Part shown: positions 10,243 to 20,451 of the stretch, piece by piece
How positions within the stretch are numbered: the stretch's first letter is position 1
How the letters are laid out: each line of letters starts with the position of its first letter
NCBI GenBank assembly: GCA_965248865.1
Contig: CBDFKP010000002.1
Coordinates: 213,573 to 277,572, forward strand
DNA from: Dehalococcoidia bacterium
GTDB taxonomy: Bacteria; Chloroflexota; Dehalococcoidia; Lucifugimonadales; JAPUKM01
Reading direction: 5' to 3'
Length of the DNA stretch: 64,000 nt
Made by a program: the position numbers and the translations under genes
Notes under the pieces: generated by a model
What the model saw: only the letters and a program-made list of their open reading frames with translations
Told to the model about the DNA's origin: nothing
The model's database searches: none

Positions 10243-10360
10243 AGCGACCTCCTTACTTAGACTGGAAAAGTCTCTACGATTGCGAGCTGCGTAGCGAAGG
10301 ACCTAGACACCAGAGGGAGCAGTGCCGTGAGCGGGCGCATGGAGAAGCGGCGGGGTTCTT

Positions 10361-10819
10361 CTACGGTGTCTTTGCCAGATACTGCTCTATGCCCTCCTCC
10401 AGGGTGGTCCATGCCAGGAGGGCGCACTTGATGCGGATGGGGAACTTGCGGACTCCCTGGAGGGCCTCCAGGTCGCCGAGGGTCTCCAGGATGCTGTCCG
10501 CAACCTGCTCGCCGCTCATCAGACGCCGGAAGAGGTCGCTGAGCGCCTGCGCTTCGTCCAGGGACTTGCCCTTGATGAGCTCGGTCAGCATGGAGGCGGA
10601 GGCCTGGCTGATGGAGCATCCCTGGCCCTGGTGCCCAACCTCCTCTACAGAGCCATCGCCGTTGACCTTGATCTGGAGAGCTACCTTATCGCCGCAGAAG
10701 GGGTTGTACTCTTCGGCGTTGATCTGGGCGTCCGGAACGGAAGAGGTGTTTCTGGGGCTACGGTAGTGGTCTAGGATGAGCTCCCGGTAGAGCTCATCAA
10801 GGTCATCTTCTATTGGCAT
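10361..10819 (-). CDS. sufU: SUF-type Fe-S cluster scaffold/sulfur acceptor (NifU-like N-terminal domain)
   Basis: 152 aa. LYRELILDHYRSPRN, NPFCGD, GQGCSISQASASMLTE. Confidence 0.85.
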   Translation of the reverse strand: MPIEDDLDELYRELILDHYRSPRNTSSVPDAQINAEEYNPFCGDKVALQIKVNGDGSVEEVGHQGQGCSISQASASMLTELIKGKSLDEAQALSDLFRRLMSGEQVADSILETLGDLEALQGVRKFPIRIKCALLAWTTLEEGIEQYLAKTP

Positions 10820-12041
10820 TGCCGAAGTAGCCTATCGCCTTCTTGAGACCCAGAACCAGGGCATCCACATCTTCATCTGTATTATACACATAGAAGCTGG
10901 CCCGCGCCGATGCCGCTAGCCCCAGCTTCCGATGCATGGGCATGACGCAGTGGTGGCCGGCCCTGATCGCGATGCCCTCACTATCCAGGAGAGTCCCTAG
11001 ATCGTGGGGGTGGATGTCACCCAGGGCGAAGGCGATAAGACCGCCACGGCCTCCCGCATCCCTGGGGCCCACTATTTCAAGCTCCTCCAGCTCCTTGAAC
11101 GCCTCCAGGGCATAGGCGGTGGTCTCCACCTCATGCCGTCGCACGTTCTCCATGCCCAGGGCCTGCAGGTAGTCGATGGCCGCGCCCAGGGCGATGGTGT
11201 CGGCTATGTTGGGCGTGCCCGCCTCGAACCGGTTGGGGAGGTCGTTCCAGGTGGCGTGGTCGTACCAGACCTCCCGCACCATCTCACCGCCCCGGAGGAA
11301 CGGCTCCATGGACTCCAACACGGAGGGCCTAACGTAGAGGACGCCGATGCCGGTGGGGCCGAGCATCTTGTGCCCGGAGAAGGCCAGGAAGTCACAGTCC
11401 AGCTCCACGACGTTGGTGGGCAGGTGGGGCACGCTCTGAGCGCCGTCCAGCATGAACAGGGCCCCCACCTGCCGCGCCCGCTGACGAAGGGTCTCCACGG
11501 GGTTCAGGGTGCCCAGGAAGTTGGACATGTGGACCACGGAGACCAGGCGGGTGCGCTGGTTGATGAGGGTGTCCAGGGAGGCGATGTCAAGGGTTCCCTG
11601 GTCCGTTGTGGGGATGAAGCGGAGGTGGGCACCCGTGCGCTGGGCCACCATCTGCCAGGGGACCAGGTTGCTGTGGTGCTCCATCTCCGTCACCAGGATT
11701 TCATCCTCCGGGCCGATGTTTTCCAGTGCCCAGGAGTAGGCCACCAGGTTGATGGCCTCCGTGGTGTTCCGGGTGAAGATGACGCTCTCCACAGCGGGTG
11801 CGTGGATGAAGTCGGCCACTTTGCGGCGGGCCGCTTCATACTGGTCGGTGGCCTCTACGCTGAGTGCGTGAACGCCCCGGTGGACGTTGGAGTTGTACCG
11901 CTGGTAGTAGTCGGTAAGGGCCTGGATGACCTGGCGCGGCTTCTGGGAGGTGGCGGCGTTGTCCAGGTAGACGAGGGGTTTGCCGTAGACCTCCCGGGCC
12001 AGGATAGGGAAGTCGTTGCGAATCACTTTGGGGTCAAACAT
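10803..12041 (-). CDS. sufS: Cysteine desulfurase, SufS class
   Basis: 412 aa. FPIL..VYLDNAATSQKP, HRGVHALS, FSGHKMLGPTGIGVLY (PLP Lys), RAGHHC. Confidence 0.9.
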   Translation of the reverse strand: MFDPKVIRNDFPILAREVYGKPLVYLDNAATSQKPRQVIQALTDYYQRYNSNVHRGVHALSVEATDQYEAARRKVADFIHAPAVESVIFTRNTTEAINLVAYSWALENIGPEDEILVTEMEHHSNLVPWQMVAQRTGAHLRFIPTTDQGTLDIASLDTLINQRTRLVSVVHMSNFLGTLNPVETLRQRARQVGALFMLDGAQSVPHLPTNVVELDCDFLAFSGHKMLGPTGIGVLYVRPSVLESMEPFLRGGEMVREVWYDHATWNDLPNRFEAGTPNIADTIALGAAIDYLQALGMENVRRHEVETTAYALEAFKELEELEIVGPRDAGGRGGLIAFALGDIHPHDLGTLLDSEGIAIRAGHHCVMPMHRKLGLAASARASFYVYNTDEDVDALVLGLKKAIGYFGNANRR

Positions 12042-12061
12042 TGCTCACATGGTGCCAAGCG

Positions 12062-13417
12062 TTAGGTGATTTCGTCGCTTCCCAGCCACTGCCGCAGGGT
12101 GCTCTGGACCAGGCTGTCCACGTGGTCCCGATACGGTTTACACTGGATGCTGTCGATGACCTCACTTACGAAGGCGCGTACGAGGAATCTCCGGGCCGCC
12201 TCCTCGCTCAGGCCGCGGGTACGCAGGTAGAAGAGTGCATCTTCGTCTATTTGGCCGCAGGCGGCGCCGTGCCGGCAGATGACATCGTCGCAGTAGATCC
12301 AGAAGGCCGGTTTGGTATCGGCCTCGGCCTGGTCGGACAGCAGTAGGTTCTTGTCGGACTGGTCGGCATCCACCTTGGCGGCGCCCTCGCGCACGATGAT
12401 GCTGCCGTGGAACACGGAACGGGACTTGCCGTCCAGGATGCCCTTGTAGAGCTCTCGGGTGGTGGTATACCCCTTTGCGTGATCCACGACAACCTGGTTG
12501 TCCACGTGCTGGGAGCGGGTCACCAGGTAGAGGCCGTTGAGCATACAGCCAGCGCCCTGGGCTTCCATGAGTGCGCTGAGGTTGTTACGCACGAGTCCGC
12601 CACCCAGGTCCAGGTTTACCGATGAGAGGTGGCTGTCCTGAGAGAGCACCGCTTGTGTGTTGGTAATGTGGAACGCCTGCTCACTCTGGCGCTGGACCTT
12701 GTAGTATCTGAGGGCTGAGCCCTGTCCCAGGGAGAGCTCCGTGACGGCGTTGGTGAAGTACCTGGTGTCGGACAGGCAGCCGTAGCTTTCGATGACGGTG
12801 GCGCTGCTGTCTCTGCCGGTGATGATGAGCACCCTGGGATGCGTCACCGTGTCCTCTTCCCGGGCGGTGCTGACAAAGAGGAGATGGATGGGCTCCTCCA
12901 CCGTTGCGCCATCCGGGATGTGGACGAAGGCGCCATGGTGGACGAAGGCGGTGTTCAGCGCGACCATGACGTTGGCATCATAGGCGGCGTGGCGGGCCAG
13001 GTGCTGCTGCACCAGGTCTGCCGATGAGGCCATGGCCTCCGCCAGGTTCATCACACGAACGCCGTTGGGCAAAGAAGCGAGGGATGAGAGCTCAGGGGCG
13101 TAGGTCCCGTCGACGAAGACCAGCCGCGCCCACGCCGACTCGCCGAAGGTGAGCCGCTCCAGCTCCGCATCCGGCAGCTTTCCGGGCGCGGGCTTGGCGG
13201 GAAGACGGAATGGGATGCGGGCGATGGGGCGTATGTCTGTGTACTTCCACTCCTCGTTTCCGCGGCGGACCATGGGGAACCCCAGGTCGTTGAATGTGGA
13301 GATGGCCGTGTCTCGGAGGGTGTGCACCCACGAGGGGTCCCTGGCGTAGCCGTTCCTCTGAAGCGACTCGAACGCCTCAAGATAGGCCATCTCATGGGTA
13401 GGCGGGCGCTGGGTCAT
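12062..13417 (-). CDS. sufD: Fe-S cluster assembly protein SufD
   Basis: 451 aa. Beta-helix region with SVFHGSIIV..DADQSDKNLLLS typical of SufD. 4-nt overlap with sufC. Confidence 0.85.
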   Translation of the reverse strand: MTQRPPTHEMAYLEAFESLQRNGYARDPSWVHTLRDTAISTFNDLGFPMVRRGNEEWKYTDIRPIARIPFRLPAKPAPGKLPDAELERLTFGESAWARLVFVDGTYAPELSSLASLPNGVRVMNLAEAMASSADLVQQHLARHAAYDANVMVALNTAFVHHGAFVHIPDGATVEEPIHLLFVSTAREEDTVTHPRVLIITGRDSSATVIESYGCLSDTRYFTNAVTELSLGQGSALRYYKVQRQSEQAFHITNTQAVLSQDSHLSSVNLDLGGGLVRNNLSALMEAQGAGCMLNGLYLVTRSQHVDNQVVVDHAKGYTTTRELYKGILDGKSRSVFHGSIIVREGAAKVDADQSDKNLLLSDQAEADTKPAFWIYCDDVICRHGAACGQIDEDALFYLRTRGLSEEAARRFLVRAFVSEVIDSIQCKPYRDHVDSLVQSTLRQWLGSDEIT

Positions 13418-14199
13418 GGCGATGCACTTCCAGACTCGCTGGACTGGCCGGCTGCCACCATCGCTTCAAACTTATCGTAGCCCTCCGCCTCCACCTGCAG
13501 GGCCAGCTCTTTGCCACCGGTCTTCGCGATCCGGCCGTCGATGAACACGTGCACCACGTCCGGGACCACGTAGTTGAGGATACGCTGGTAGTGGGTGATA
13601 AGTATAGTTGCCGCGTTGGGCCGCCGTAGCTGATTGATGCCCTCCGCAACGACGCGGACGGCGTCTATGTCCAAGCCGGAGTCGGGCTCATCAAGGATGG
13701 CCAGCTTGGGTTCCATGACCGCCATCTGGAGGACTTCGTTGCGCTTCCTCTCACCGCCGGAGAAACCCTCATTGACGTAGCGCTGGACAAGGCTGCTATC
13801 CACGCCAATGAGTGCTACCTTACCTTTGAGGAGTCGATTGAACTTCAGAACGTCCAACTCCTCAGCGCCCTGACTCTTCCGCACGGAGTTGTAGCCAGCA
13901 CGCAGGAACTGGTCCAGCCGCACGCCCGGTAGCTCCACAGGGTGCTGAAAGGAGAGGAAGAGCCCTGCCCTGGCCCGAGCCTCCGGTAGCATGTCCAGAA
14001 GCTTCTTTCCCTCAAAGAGCACCTCTCCGGAGGTAACGGTGTAAGCCAGCTTGCCGGCCAGTACGTAGGCCAGGGTGCTCTTGCCTGAGCCGTTGGGGCC
14101 CATGATGGCGTGCAGCTCTCCGGCCTTGACCTGAAGGTTGACCCCTTTCAGGATCTCGGTATCGGCAACCGTGGCATGAAGCTCTCGTATCTCAAGCAT
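13414..14199 (-). CDS. sufC: Fe-S cluster assembly ATPase SufC
   Basis: 261 aa. Walker A GPNGSGKST, signature GFSGGERKR, Walker B ILDEPDSGLD. Confidence 0.95.
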   Translation of the reverse strand: MLEIRELHATVADTEILKGVNLQVKAGELHAIMGPNGSGKSTLAYVLAGKLAYTVTSGEVLFEGKKLLDMLPEARARAGLFLSFQHPVELPGVRLDQFLRAGYNSVRKSQGAEELDVLKFNRLLKGKVALIGVDSSLVQRYVNEGFSGGERKRNEVLQMAVMEPKLAILDEPDSGLDIDAVRVVAEGINQLRRPNAATILITHYQRILNYVVPDVVHVFIDGRIAKTGGKELALQVEAEGYDKFEAMVAAGQSSESGSASP

Positions 14200-14203
14200 C
14201 TAA

Positions 14204-14424
14204 GGTTGGGTCCGCCTTTTTTCATAAAACGGCAGATCATGCGTCATGGGAGTCGCTCATGGGCATCAGCCTACGGAGGTTGGGTCTGCCTTTTTTATAC
14301 ATCGGTAGGTTATGCGTCATGCGTGTCGCTCAGGGGCATCAGCCCACGGAGGTTGGGTCTACCTTTTTTATACATCGGTAGGTTATGCGTCATGCGAGTC
14401 GCTCAGGGGCATCAGCCCACGGAG
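14204..14424. repeat. Tandem triplication (73-74 nt unit, 3 copies) spanning the sufB 3' end and the sufB-sufC intergenic region
   Basis: Units start at 14204, 14278 and 14351 (GGTTGGGTC..CATCAGCC[C/T]ACGGA). Each carries the last codons and stop of sufB on the minus strand. Confidence 0.85.
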
Positions 14425-15890
14425 CCTTCGAGGTTTGCCTCAAGGAGCCTGGTGGCCTCTACGGCGAACTCGAAGGGCAACTGCTTGAACACCTCTTTGC
14501 AGAAGCCGTTGATGATGAGCGAGTGGGCGTCCTCCGTTGAGATGCCGCGCTGATTGCAGTAGAAGAGCTGCTCTTCACTTACCCGTGAGGTGAAGGCCTC
14601 ATGCTCCAGGTGGGAGCTGCTGTTGCGGACCTCCACGTACGGCGTTGTGTGGGCGCCGCACTGGTCTCCCAGGAGCAGAGAGTCGCACTGGGTGAAGTTC
14701 CAGGAGTTTGAGGCCCTGGGCATGATCTGGATAAGGCCCCGATAGGTGCCCTGGCCGTGTCCTGCGGAGATGGTCTTGGCGATAACGGTGCTGCGGGTGT
14801 TCTTTCCCAGGTGGATCATCTTGGTGCCGGTATCCGCCTGCTGGTAGCCCCTGGTGAGGGCCACGGAGTAGAACTCTCCGACGGAGTTGTCCCCCTGGAG
14901 GATGACGCCGGGGTATTTCCAGGTGATGGCCGCGCCGGTCTCCACCTGAGTCCAGGAGATCTTGGAGTTGTTGCCGATGCACTTGCCGCGCTTAGTGACG
15001 AAGTTATAGATGCCGCCCTTGCCGTTCTCATCGCCTGGGTACCAGTTTTGTATGGTGGAGTACTTGATCTCGGCGTTGTCCAGGGTGATAAGCTCCACCA
15101 CGGCGGCGTGAAGCTGGTTCTCGTCACGCATGGGGGCGCTGCACCCCTCCAGGTAGCTGACGTAGCTACCCTCCTCCGCGATGATCAGGGTGCGCTCAAA
15201 CTGTCCCGACTGAGCGGTGTTGATCCTGAAGTAGGTGGTCAGCTCCAAGGGGCAGCGTACCCCCTTGGGGATGAAGCAGAAAGAGCCGTCGGAGAAGACG
15301 GCGGAGTTGAGCGCCGCGTAGAAGTTATCGGAGTAGGGGACCACGGAGCCGAGGTACTTCCGTACCAGGTCAGGGTGGTTCCGGACCGCCTCAGAGAAGG
15401 AGCCGAAGATGATGCCGTGCTTGGCCAGCTCCTCTCGGAAGGTGGTCACCACCGAGACGCTGTCGAAGATGGCGTCCACGGCCACGCCGGCCAGCTGCTT
15501 TTGCTCCTCTAGGGGGATGCCCAGCTTTTCATAGGTCTTTAGCAGTTCCGGGTCTACCTCGTCCAGGCTGGCAAGCTGCTTCTTGGGCTTGGGCGCCGAG
15601 TAGTAGATGATGTCTTGGAAATCTATGGTCGGGTAGTGGACGTTGGCCCAATCAGGTAGCTGCTCCTTCTCCAGCAGGGAGATGAAGTGGCGGTAGGCCT
15701 TCAGGCGCCATTCCAACAGCCAATCCGGCTCCCCCTTCTTGGAGGAGATCCAGCGTATGGTGTCCTCGTTCAGGCCGGGCGGGGCGGTATCGGCTTCGAT
15801 ATCGGTGACGAAGCCGTACTTATAGTCTTGCTTGGCTGCCGCCTTGATCTCTTTGTTTCCGGTCCGGCGTAGCTCCGAGAGGTCTGGCAC
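14412..15890 (-). CDS. sufB: Fe-S cluster assembly protein SufB
   Basis: 492 aa. [14 protein letters not shown]-terminus, [13 protein letters not shown], canonical SufB C-terminus [17 protein letters not shown]. Confidence 0.95.
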   Translation of the reverse strand: MPDLSELRRTGNKEIKAAAKQDYKYGFVTDIEADTAPPGLNEDTIRWISSKKGEPDWLLEWRLKAYRHFISLLEKEQLPDWANVHYPTIDFQDIIYYSAPKPKKQLASLDEVDPELLKTYEKLGIPLEEQKQLAGVAVDAIFDSVSVVTTFREELAKHGIIFGSFSEAVRNHPDLVRKYLGSVVPYSDNFYAALNSAVFSDGSFCFIPKGVRCPLELTTYFRINTAQSGQFERTLIIAEEGSYVSYLEGCSAPMRDENQLHAAVVELITLDNAEIKYSTIQNWYPGDENGKGGIYNFVTKRGKCIGNNSKISWTQVETGAAITWKYPGVILQGDNSVGEFYSVALTRGYQQADTGTKMIHLGKNTRSTVIAKTISAGHGQGTYRGLIQIMPRASNSWNFTQCDSLLLGDQCGAHTTPYVEVRNSSSHLEHEAFTSRVSEEQLFYCNQRGISTEDAHSLIINGFCKEVFKQLPFEFAVEATRLLEANLEGSVG

Positions 15891-15976
15891 GGCATTGCTC
15901 CTTACTCACGCTGACGACTCTGGTCTGTAGCCATGATGAATGGCCTGAACCAGGTTAGCTTGGTGTGTCTGACGCT

Positions 15977-16010
15977 ATTATCACAATAGTTGACCTAAAT
16001 AGTCAACAAT
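15977..16010 (-). promoter_or_regulatory. Candidate suf operon promoter overlapping an imperfect inverted repeat (possible operator)
   Basis: Minus strand TTGACT (16001-16006), 18-nt spacer, GATAAT (15977-15982). Inverted arms ATAGTTGAC (15986-15994) and GTCAACAAT (16002-16010). Confidence 0.4.
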
Positions 16011-16171
16011 AAGTGTAGCATCGGTGCAGGGGCGGGTCAACGCGCCGCAGATCGTGAGAAGGCCCTCTGCGCTCTCACGCTGAGAGGCGGCATTCAGACT
16101 GGTCTACAAATCGTTCCGCTCGAATGGTTCGCCTAGCTCACTACGAGCAATGTATGGGCCAGCCCCCGAAC

Positions 16172-17110
16172 CTACCTTAGGGATTTTGATCTGTCTATAT
16201 TGAGCTTCTGGGCGGCCAGCAGCGTATCCAAGAGCGAGAGGAAGCCGTCCACGTCTACCTCCACCGCGATGCGTACCGGCGGGCCGCTGCCACCGAGCCT
16301 AGTTTCACCACGGTGCGGGCCGCGCTCCGTCACCACCGATGCCGGGGTAGTCCGATAGGTGAGCAGGGAGGGACGAATAGCCCTGGCCATGGCCAGGGGG
16401 TCACACAGGTGAAGCGTATCGCCCGGATGGAGACGGAACCAGTTGACCAGCAGCCGGTGCACCAGCCGGGCCTCCGGGCCGCCCCGACCCAGGTATGCGA
16501 TCTGCGCCGGGCCACGGAGCACGACCCGGTGGCATACGTCCAGTGGCACGACGGTTGTGGGTATCCCTGCGGAGAGCACCAGCTGCGCCGCCTCCGGGTC
16601 GTTGTAGACGTTGAACTCGGCGGTCTTGAGAGGCCCGGAGTTTCCCGATGCCGTGAAGAGGCCGCCCATGACCACGAGCTCCTTGATCCATCCACTGACT
16701 GCGGGCCTTTGCTGGAGCAGGCGTGCGATGTTGGTGAGGGGCCCTAGCGTGACCAGGGTGACCTGCCCCGGCGCGTCACGGAGGGCCTTGGCCAGGAAGT
16801 CCACGGCAGAGAGTGGGCTAGAGCTGGTCCGGGGCAGCGGCAGGCGTGCGGTGAGTCCCGCCGGGCCGTGGAAGTGATAGGCATAGCTGAAGGTGCCCCG
16901 CAGCGGCCGTGCGGATCCCTTGAAGACCGGGATGTCCGGGCGGCCAGCGTACTCCAGGATGCGTAGGGTGTTGCGGGTGGTGTGGGCAAGCCGGGCGTTG
17001 CCGCCCACGGTGGTTATTCCCAGGATAGTCAGGTCCGGCGAGCGCAACGCCATCAGCAGCGCCGTAACATCGTCTATGCCGGGGTCGGTATCGATAATGA
17101 TGGAGGGCAT
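16172..17110 (-). CDS. Nucleoside hydrolase (inosine/uridine-preferring family)
   Basis: 312 aa. N-terminal IIIDTDPGIDDVTALLMAL (DxDxxxDD fingerprint). Confidence 0.85.
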   Translation of the reverse strand: MPSIIIDTDPGIDDVTALLMALRSPDLTILGITTVGGNARLAHTTRNTLRILEYAGRPDIPVFKGSARPLRGTFSYAYHFHGPAGLTARLPLPRTSSSPLSAVDFLAKALRDAPGQVTLVTLGPLTNIARLLQQRPAVSGWIKELVVMGGLFTASGNSGPLKTAEFNVYNDPEAAQLVLSAGIPTTVVPLDVCHRVVLRGPAQIAYLGRGGPEARLVHRLLVNWFRLHPGDTLHLCDPLAMARAIRPSLLTYRTTPASVVTERGPHRGETRLGGSGPPVRIAVEVDVDGFLSLLDTLLAAQKLNIDRSKSLR

Positions 17111-17225
17111 TGGCGGGCGGTCCAGGCATCGGGTCGGCGCGGCAATGCGCTCAAGCCAAGGGGGGGCACTGGAGGAAGAGGCTGCGAGATGCGGAGCCTA
17201 GATGTTGGCCGCCGGGGTGGTGGAG

Positions 17226-17669
17226 CTACTCCCCGATGACCTGCAGGACAATCTCTCTGGTGCGGGGGCGGTCCAGCTCAACCAGGAAGACGCTCTGCCA
17301 TCGACCCAGCTGGAGCTCTCCATCGATAATGGGGATGGTCTCGCTGGTACTCATGAGCAGGTGCTGGCAGTGGGCGTGGCCGTTGGGGCACTCGTCTTCG
17401 GTCATGTTGACGGTGCGGATGGAGAAGTCGTTGTGCTGGTAGTGTCCGTTGGGAGAGGCGATACCGGCCAGGAAGCGCTCCATGTCTTCATGGAGGAGGG
17501 GCTCGTTCTCGCTGATCTTGATAGCCGCAGTGGTGTGCTTGGAGTAGATGACGACGAAGCCATTCTGTACGTGGGAGCTCTGAGCAAACCCCGCTACGTC
17601 TTGGGTAATATCGATAAACTGAGGGGAGCGCTCGGTCTCCAGTATCAGCCGATTGGTGACGGCTATCAT
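17226..17669 (-). CDS. YjbQ/UPF0047 family protein (secondary thiamine-phosphate synthase-like)
   Basis: Start moved to MIAVTNRL. FIDITQDV..NGFVVIYSKHTTAAIKISENE..HAHCQHLL..LGRWQSVFLVELD matches the family. Confidence 0.8.
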   Translation of the reverse strand: MIAVTNRLILETERSPQFIDITQDVAGFAQSSHVQNGFVVIYSKHTTAAIKISENEPLLHEDMERFLAGIASPNGHYQHNDFSIRTVNMTEDECPNGHAHCQHLLMSTSETIPIIDGELQLGRWQSVFLVELDRPRTREIVLQVIGE

Positions 17670-17813
17670 ATTGACCCCCAGGTCATGAATAAATTGGGCC
17701 CCACCGCCACACAGCGTCAGCGTGAAACCGTAGCACACTTGCGCGGCATTTTCAACATTCTTATTGGGAACGGTGGGGCGATTTTCGTTGTTAGGCGTCC
17801 CTGGTGACTCCGG

Positions 17814-18887
17814 CTAGCTCTCTCTGAGCAGGAGGAAGCCTACCAATTTCTTGAAATCGGTGGTGATGGAAGGGGGTAAGGAGACTCGTTGCAGGCTTTC
17901 CAGTGCGCGTTCGCTCATTCTGGTTGCCAGGGCCTGCGCTTCGTCCCTTGCCCCTAGCTCTTCCAGGACATCGAGCGCTCGTTGAACGTCCTGTTCGGAG
18001 AGCGTCTCTTTTTGGAAGAGCTTTCTCAGGGTGGTCCTGGCCACGCTGGTGCCGCTCTGGAGGGCGTACACGATTGGATAGGTCTTCTTTTTTCGACGGA
18101 TGTCATTGCCCCGGGGCTTTCCTGTGACCGATTCCTCACCCCAGATGCCCAGGAGGTCGTCCTTGATCTGGAAGACGTAGCCCAGGTAGCGTCCCACCTC
18201 GCTCAGGGTTTCCGGGAGGTTGGTGCACGTGGGGCCAACCAGTGCTCCCAGCTCCATGGCGCAGGAGATGAGGGAGCCCGTCTTGAAAGCGATCATTTCC
18301 CTGTACTCTGCCGTTGATACGTCCAACCTGGTCTCGAAGCTGAGGTCAAGGTACTGGCCCTGGATCATCTGGAGGGAGCTCCGGGCCAGGAGGTTGGAAG
18401 CCTCCAGGAGTCGTTTGGCGGGAACACCCTTAGCGGCCAGCTTCATCAGCGTCATATCGGCGACGATACTGAGGGCGTTGCCTGCGTTGAGCGCCTCCGG
18501 CTTGCCCCATAAGGCCCAGACCGTGGCGCGATGACGCCGCTCCGTGTCCTGATCTTGAATATCGTCGTGGATGAGTGAGAAGTTGTGCATAAGCTCCACG
18601 GCGGCGGCGGCCGGAAAAGCGACCTCCGGTGTTCCTCCCGAGGCCTGGCAGGAGAGGACGCAGAGGGCCGGTCGGAAGGCTTTGCCGCCGGTGGTAGCGG
18701 TGCCGGCGGTTGGGTGGTGGTGCTCGTCCACCCAGCCGAGGTGATACATGAGGATCTGGTACAGCTCCAGGTCGCTATTGGCAAGGGCTGAGCGGAGCTC
18801 GGCCTCAAGCTGGTTGCGGTACCGGACCATGCCGTCCGGCAGAGGCGGGTCCGCAGTGGGATGGGCGCTGTGCGGCAGCGTGTGCAT
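17814..18887 (-). CDS. Polyprenyl diphosphate synthase (trans-IPPS, GGPP/long-chain type)
   Basis: 357 aa. First and second Asp-rich motifs LIHDDIQD and FQIKDDLLG. Confidence 0.85.
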   Translation of the reverse strand: MHTLPHSAHPTADPPLPDGMVRYRNQLEAELRSALANSDLELYQILMYHLGWVDEHHHPTAGTATTGGKAFRPALCVLSCQASGGTPEVAFPAAAAVELMHNFSLIHDDIQDQDTERRHRATVWALWGKPEALNAGNALSIVADMTLMKLAAKGVPAKRLLEASNLLARSSLQMIQGQYLDLSFETRLDVSTAEYREMIAFKTGSLISCAMELGALVGPTCTNLPETLSEVGRYLGYVFQIKDDLLGIWGEESVTGKPRGNDIRRKKKTYPIVYALQSGTSVARTTLRKLFQKETLSEQDVQRALDVLEELGARDEAQALATRMSERALESLQRVSLPPSITTDFKKLVGFLLLRES

Positions 18888-18981
18888 GGCCTGATCTATT
18901 CTATAAGGAGGGGCTAGGGTGTGTCATGGATTTGCGCCGGTCTTTCCAAGGTCTGTGAGGACCAGTCACCGGCTTTCACTC

Positions 18982-20337
18982 CTAGCGTTTTCCAAACTCG
19001 TCCAGTATGGCGGCGGCGTGAAGTATCCCCTTCAGGTAATTATGAATAGTAACGTTTTCATTGGGGGCGTGGATCTTGTCCTCCGGCGAGCCGACACCGG
19101 AGGAGGCGATGGGCAGGCCCAGCCCCTCAGACATGCAGTACATGGGACCGCTTCCGGCCATGGTGGGAACGATGACCGGCTCTTTTCCGTAGACATCCCG
19201 GGCCGTGGCGCTCACCAGCGCAACGAAGGGCGAGTCCATGGAGGTCCTGGAGGCGTTTTCACCGTCGGCGCTGATGATCCTGACGTCTTCAACCCCCTGG
19301 GCGTCCAGGTGAGCACGGAGCTTGGCCAGGATGTCATCGTGACGCATGTCCGGGACCAGTCGGAAGTCCACTTTGGCCATGGCGGAGGCCGGCAGGACGG
19401 TCTTTGTGCCCTCTCCGGTGTAGCCGGACTCGATTCCACAGACGTTGCAGGTGGGTTCGAAGAGGTGGCGGCTCCGTAGGGCCTGGCCCCTCTCGCCTCT
19501 GAGGAAGCCGCTGATCCCTAGCTCCTCGCTGAGGTTGTCCTCCTCTGAAGGCATCCTTGCCACCGCTTCCAGCTCCTGGGGTGTGGGCTGTCGGACATCG
19601 TCATAGAAGCCGGGGATACGGATACGCTCGTCGTGGTCCTTGAGGGTGGCGAGGGCCCAGACCAGGCGCCAGGCAGGGTTGGGGATCACGGTGGCGTAGG
19701 AGGAGTGGGAGTCCTGCGTGGCGGAGCGGACCTCCAGATCTACGTAGAGGATGCCCTTGAGTCCCAGGGTGATCTGCGGGTCGCCGTTCCAGTTGACGCC
19801 GCCGCCCTCCCAGATGCAGGCGTCGGCGCGGAGCAACTCCCGTTTCTCCTCCACGAACTGGACGAAGCCAGGGCTGCCGATCTCCTCGGCACCCTCGATG
19901 CAGAACTTGACGCCGCAGGGGAGCTCGCCACGCACCGCAAGGATGGCCTTGAGGGCGGCGAGCCGAGCGACCAGGTGGCCCTTATCGTCTGAGACGCCCC
20001 GGGCGTAGATACGTCCGTCGCGCTCGGTGGGGTTAAAAGGCTCCGAGTCCCACAGATTCAGGGGCTCCGCGGGCTGGACATCGTAGTGGTTGTACCAGAG
20101 GAGGACACGGGGAGAGCGGCCATCCCGCTCGGCGTAGACCACGGGATACCGCGGGTCACGCGTGGGGAGGATACGGGCCGCTAGGCCTGCCTCATCCAGC
20201 ATCCGTTTGGTGAGCTCCGAGCACTCCAGGACGCCATGGCTCTGGGCGGCCACGCTGGGCTGGCGACAGAGCCGCTTGAGGTCCTCGATGTACTCCGGCA
20301 GGTGGCTCTCTATGTAGGACTTCAGCTTGGCATCCAA
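18982..20337 (-). CDS. M20-family metallopeptidase (dipeptidase/ArgE-DapE-CPG2-like)
   Basis: WYNHYDVQP, ARGVSDDKG, IEGAEEIGS motifs. Start set to TTG at 20337, preceded by GAGGAGG; the longer ATG ORF adds an implausible Arg-rich leader. Confidence 0.8.
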   Translation of the reverse strand: MDAKLKSYIESHLPEYIEDLKRLCRQPSVAAQSHGVLECSELTKRMLDEAGLAARILPTRDPRYPVVYAERDGRSPRVLLWYNHYDVQPAEPLNLWDSEPFNPTERDGRIYARGVSDDKGHLVARLAALKAILAVRGELPCGVKFCIEGAEEIGSPGFVQFVEEKRELLRADACIWEGGGVNWNGDPQITLGLKGILYVDLEVRSATQDSHSSYATVIPNPAWRLVWALATLKDHDERIRIPGFYDDVRQPTPQELEAVARMPSEEDNLSEELGISGFLRGERGQALRSRHLFEPTCNVCGIESGYTGEGTKTVLPASAMAKVDFRLVPDMRHDDILAKLRAHLDAQGVEDVRIISADGENASRTSMDSPFVALVSATARDVYGKEPVIVPTMAGSGPMYCMSEGLGLPIASSGVGSPEDKIHAPNENVTIHNYLKGILHAAAILDEFGKR

Positions 20338-20451
20338 GGGCGGTGACCTCCTCTGTGAGCACCGATTATACTGAGCCGCCCTGAACCTGCGCAAGGAGCC
20401 CCGTTTTTGGCCGATGTATCCACAAGGTCGCCGCCGCATCTAACTCCAATA

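Noticed and set aside
14204-14424. Possible CRISPR array (regularly spaced repeats)
   Set aside because: The units are contiguous 73-74 nt tandem copies with no unique spacers. They include the sufB stop region, and no cas genes are present in the window.
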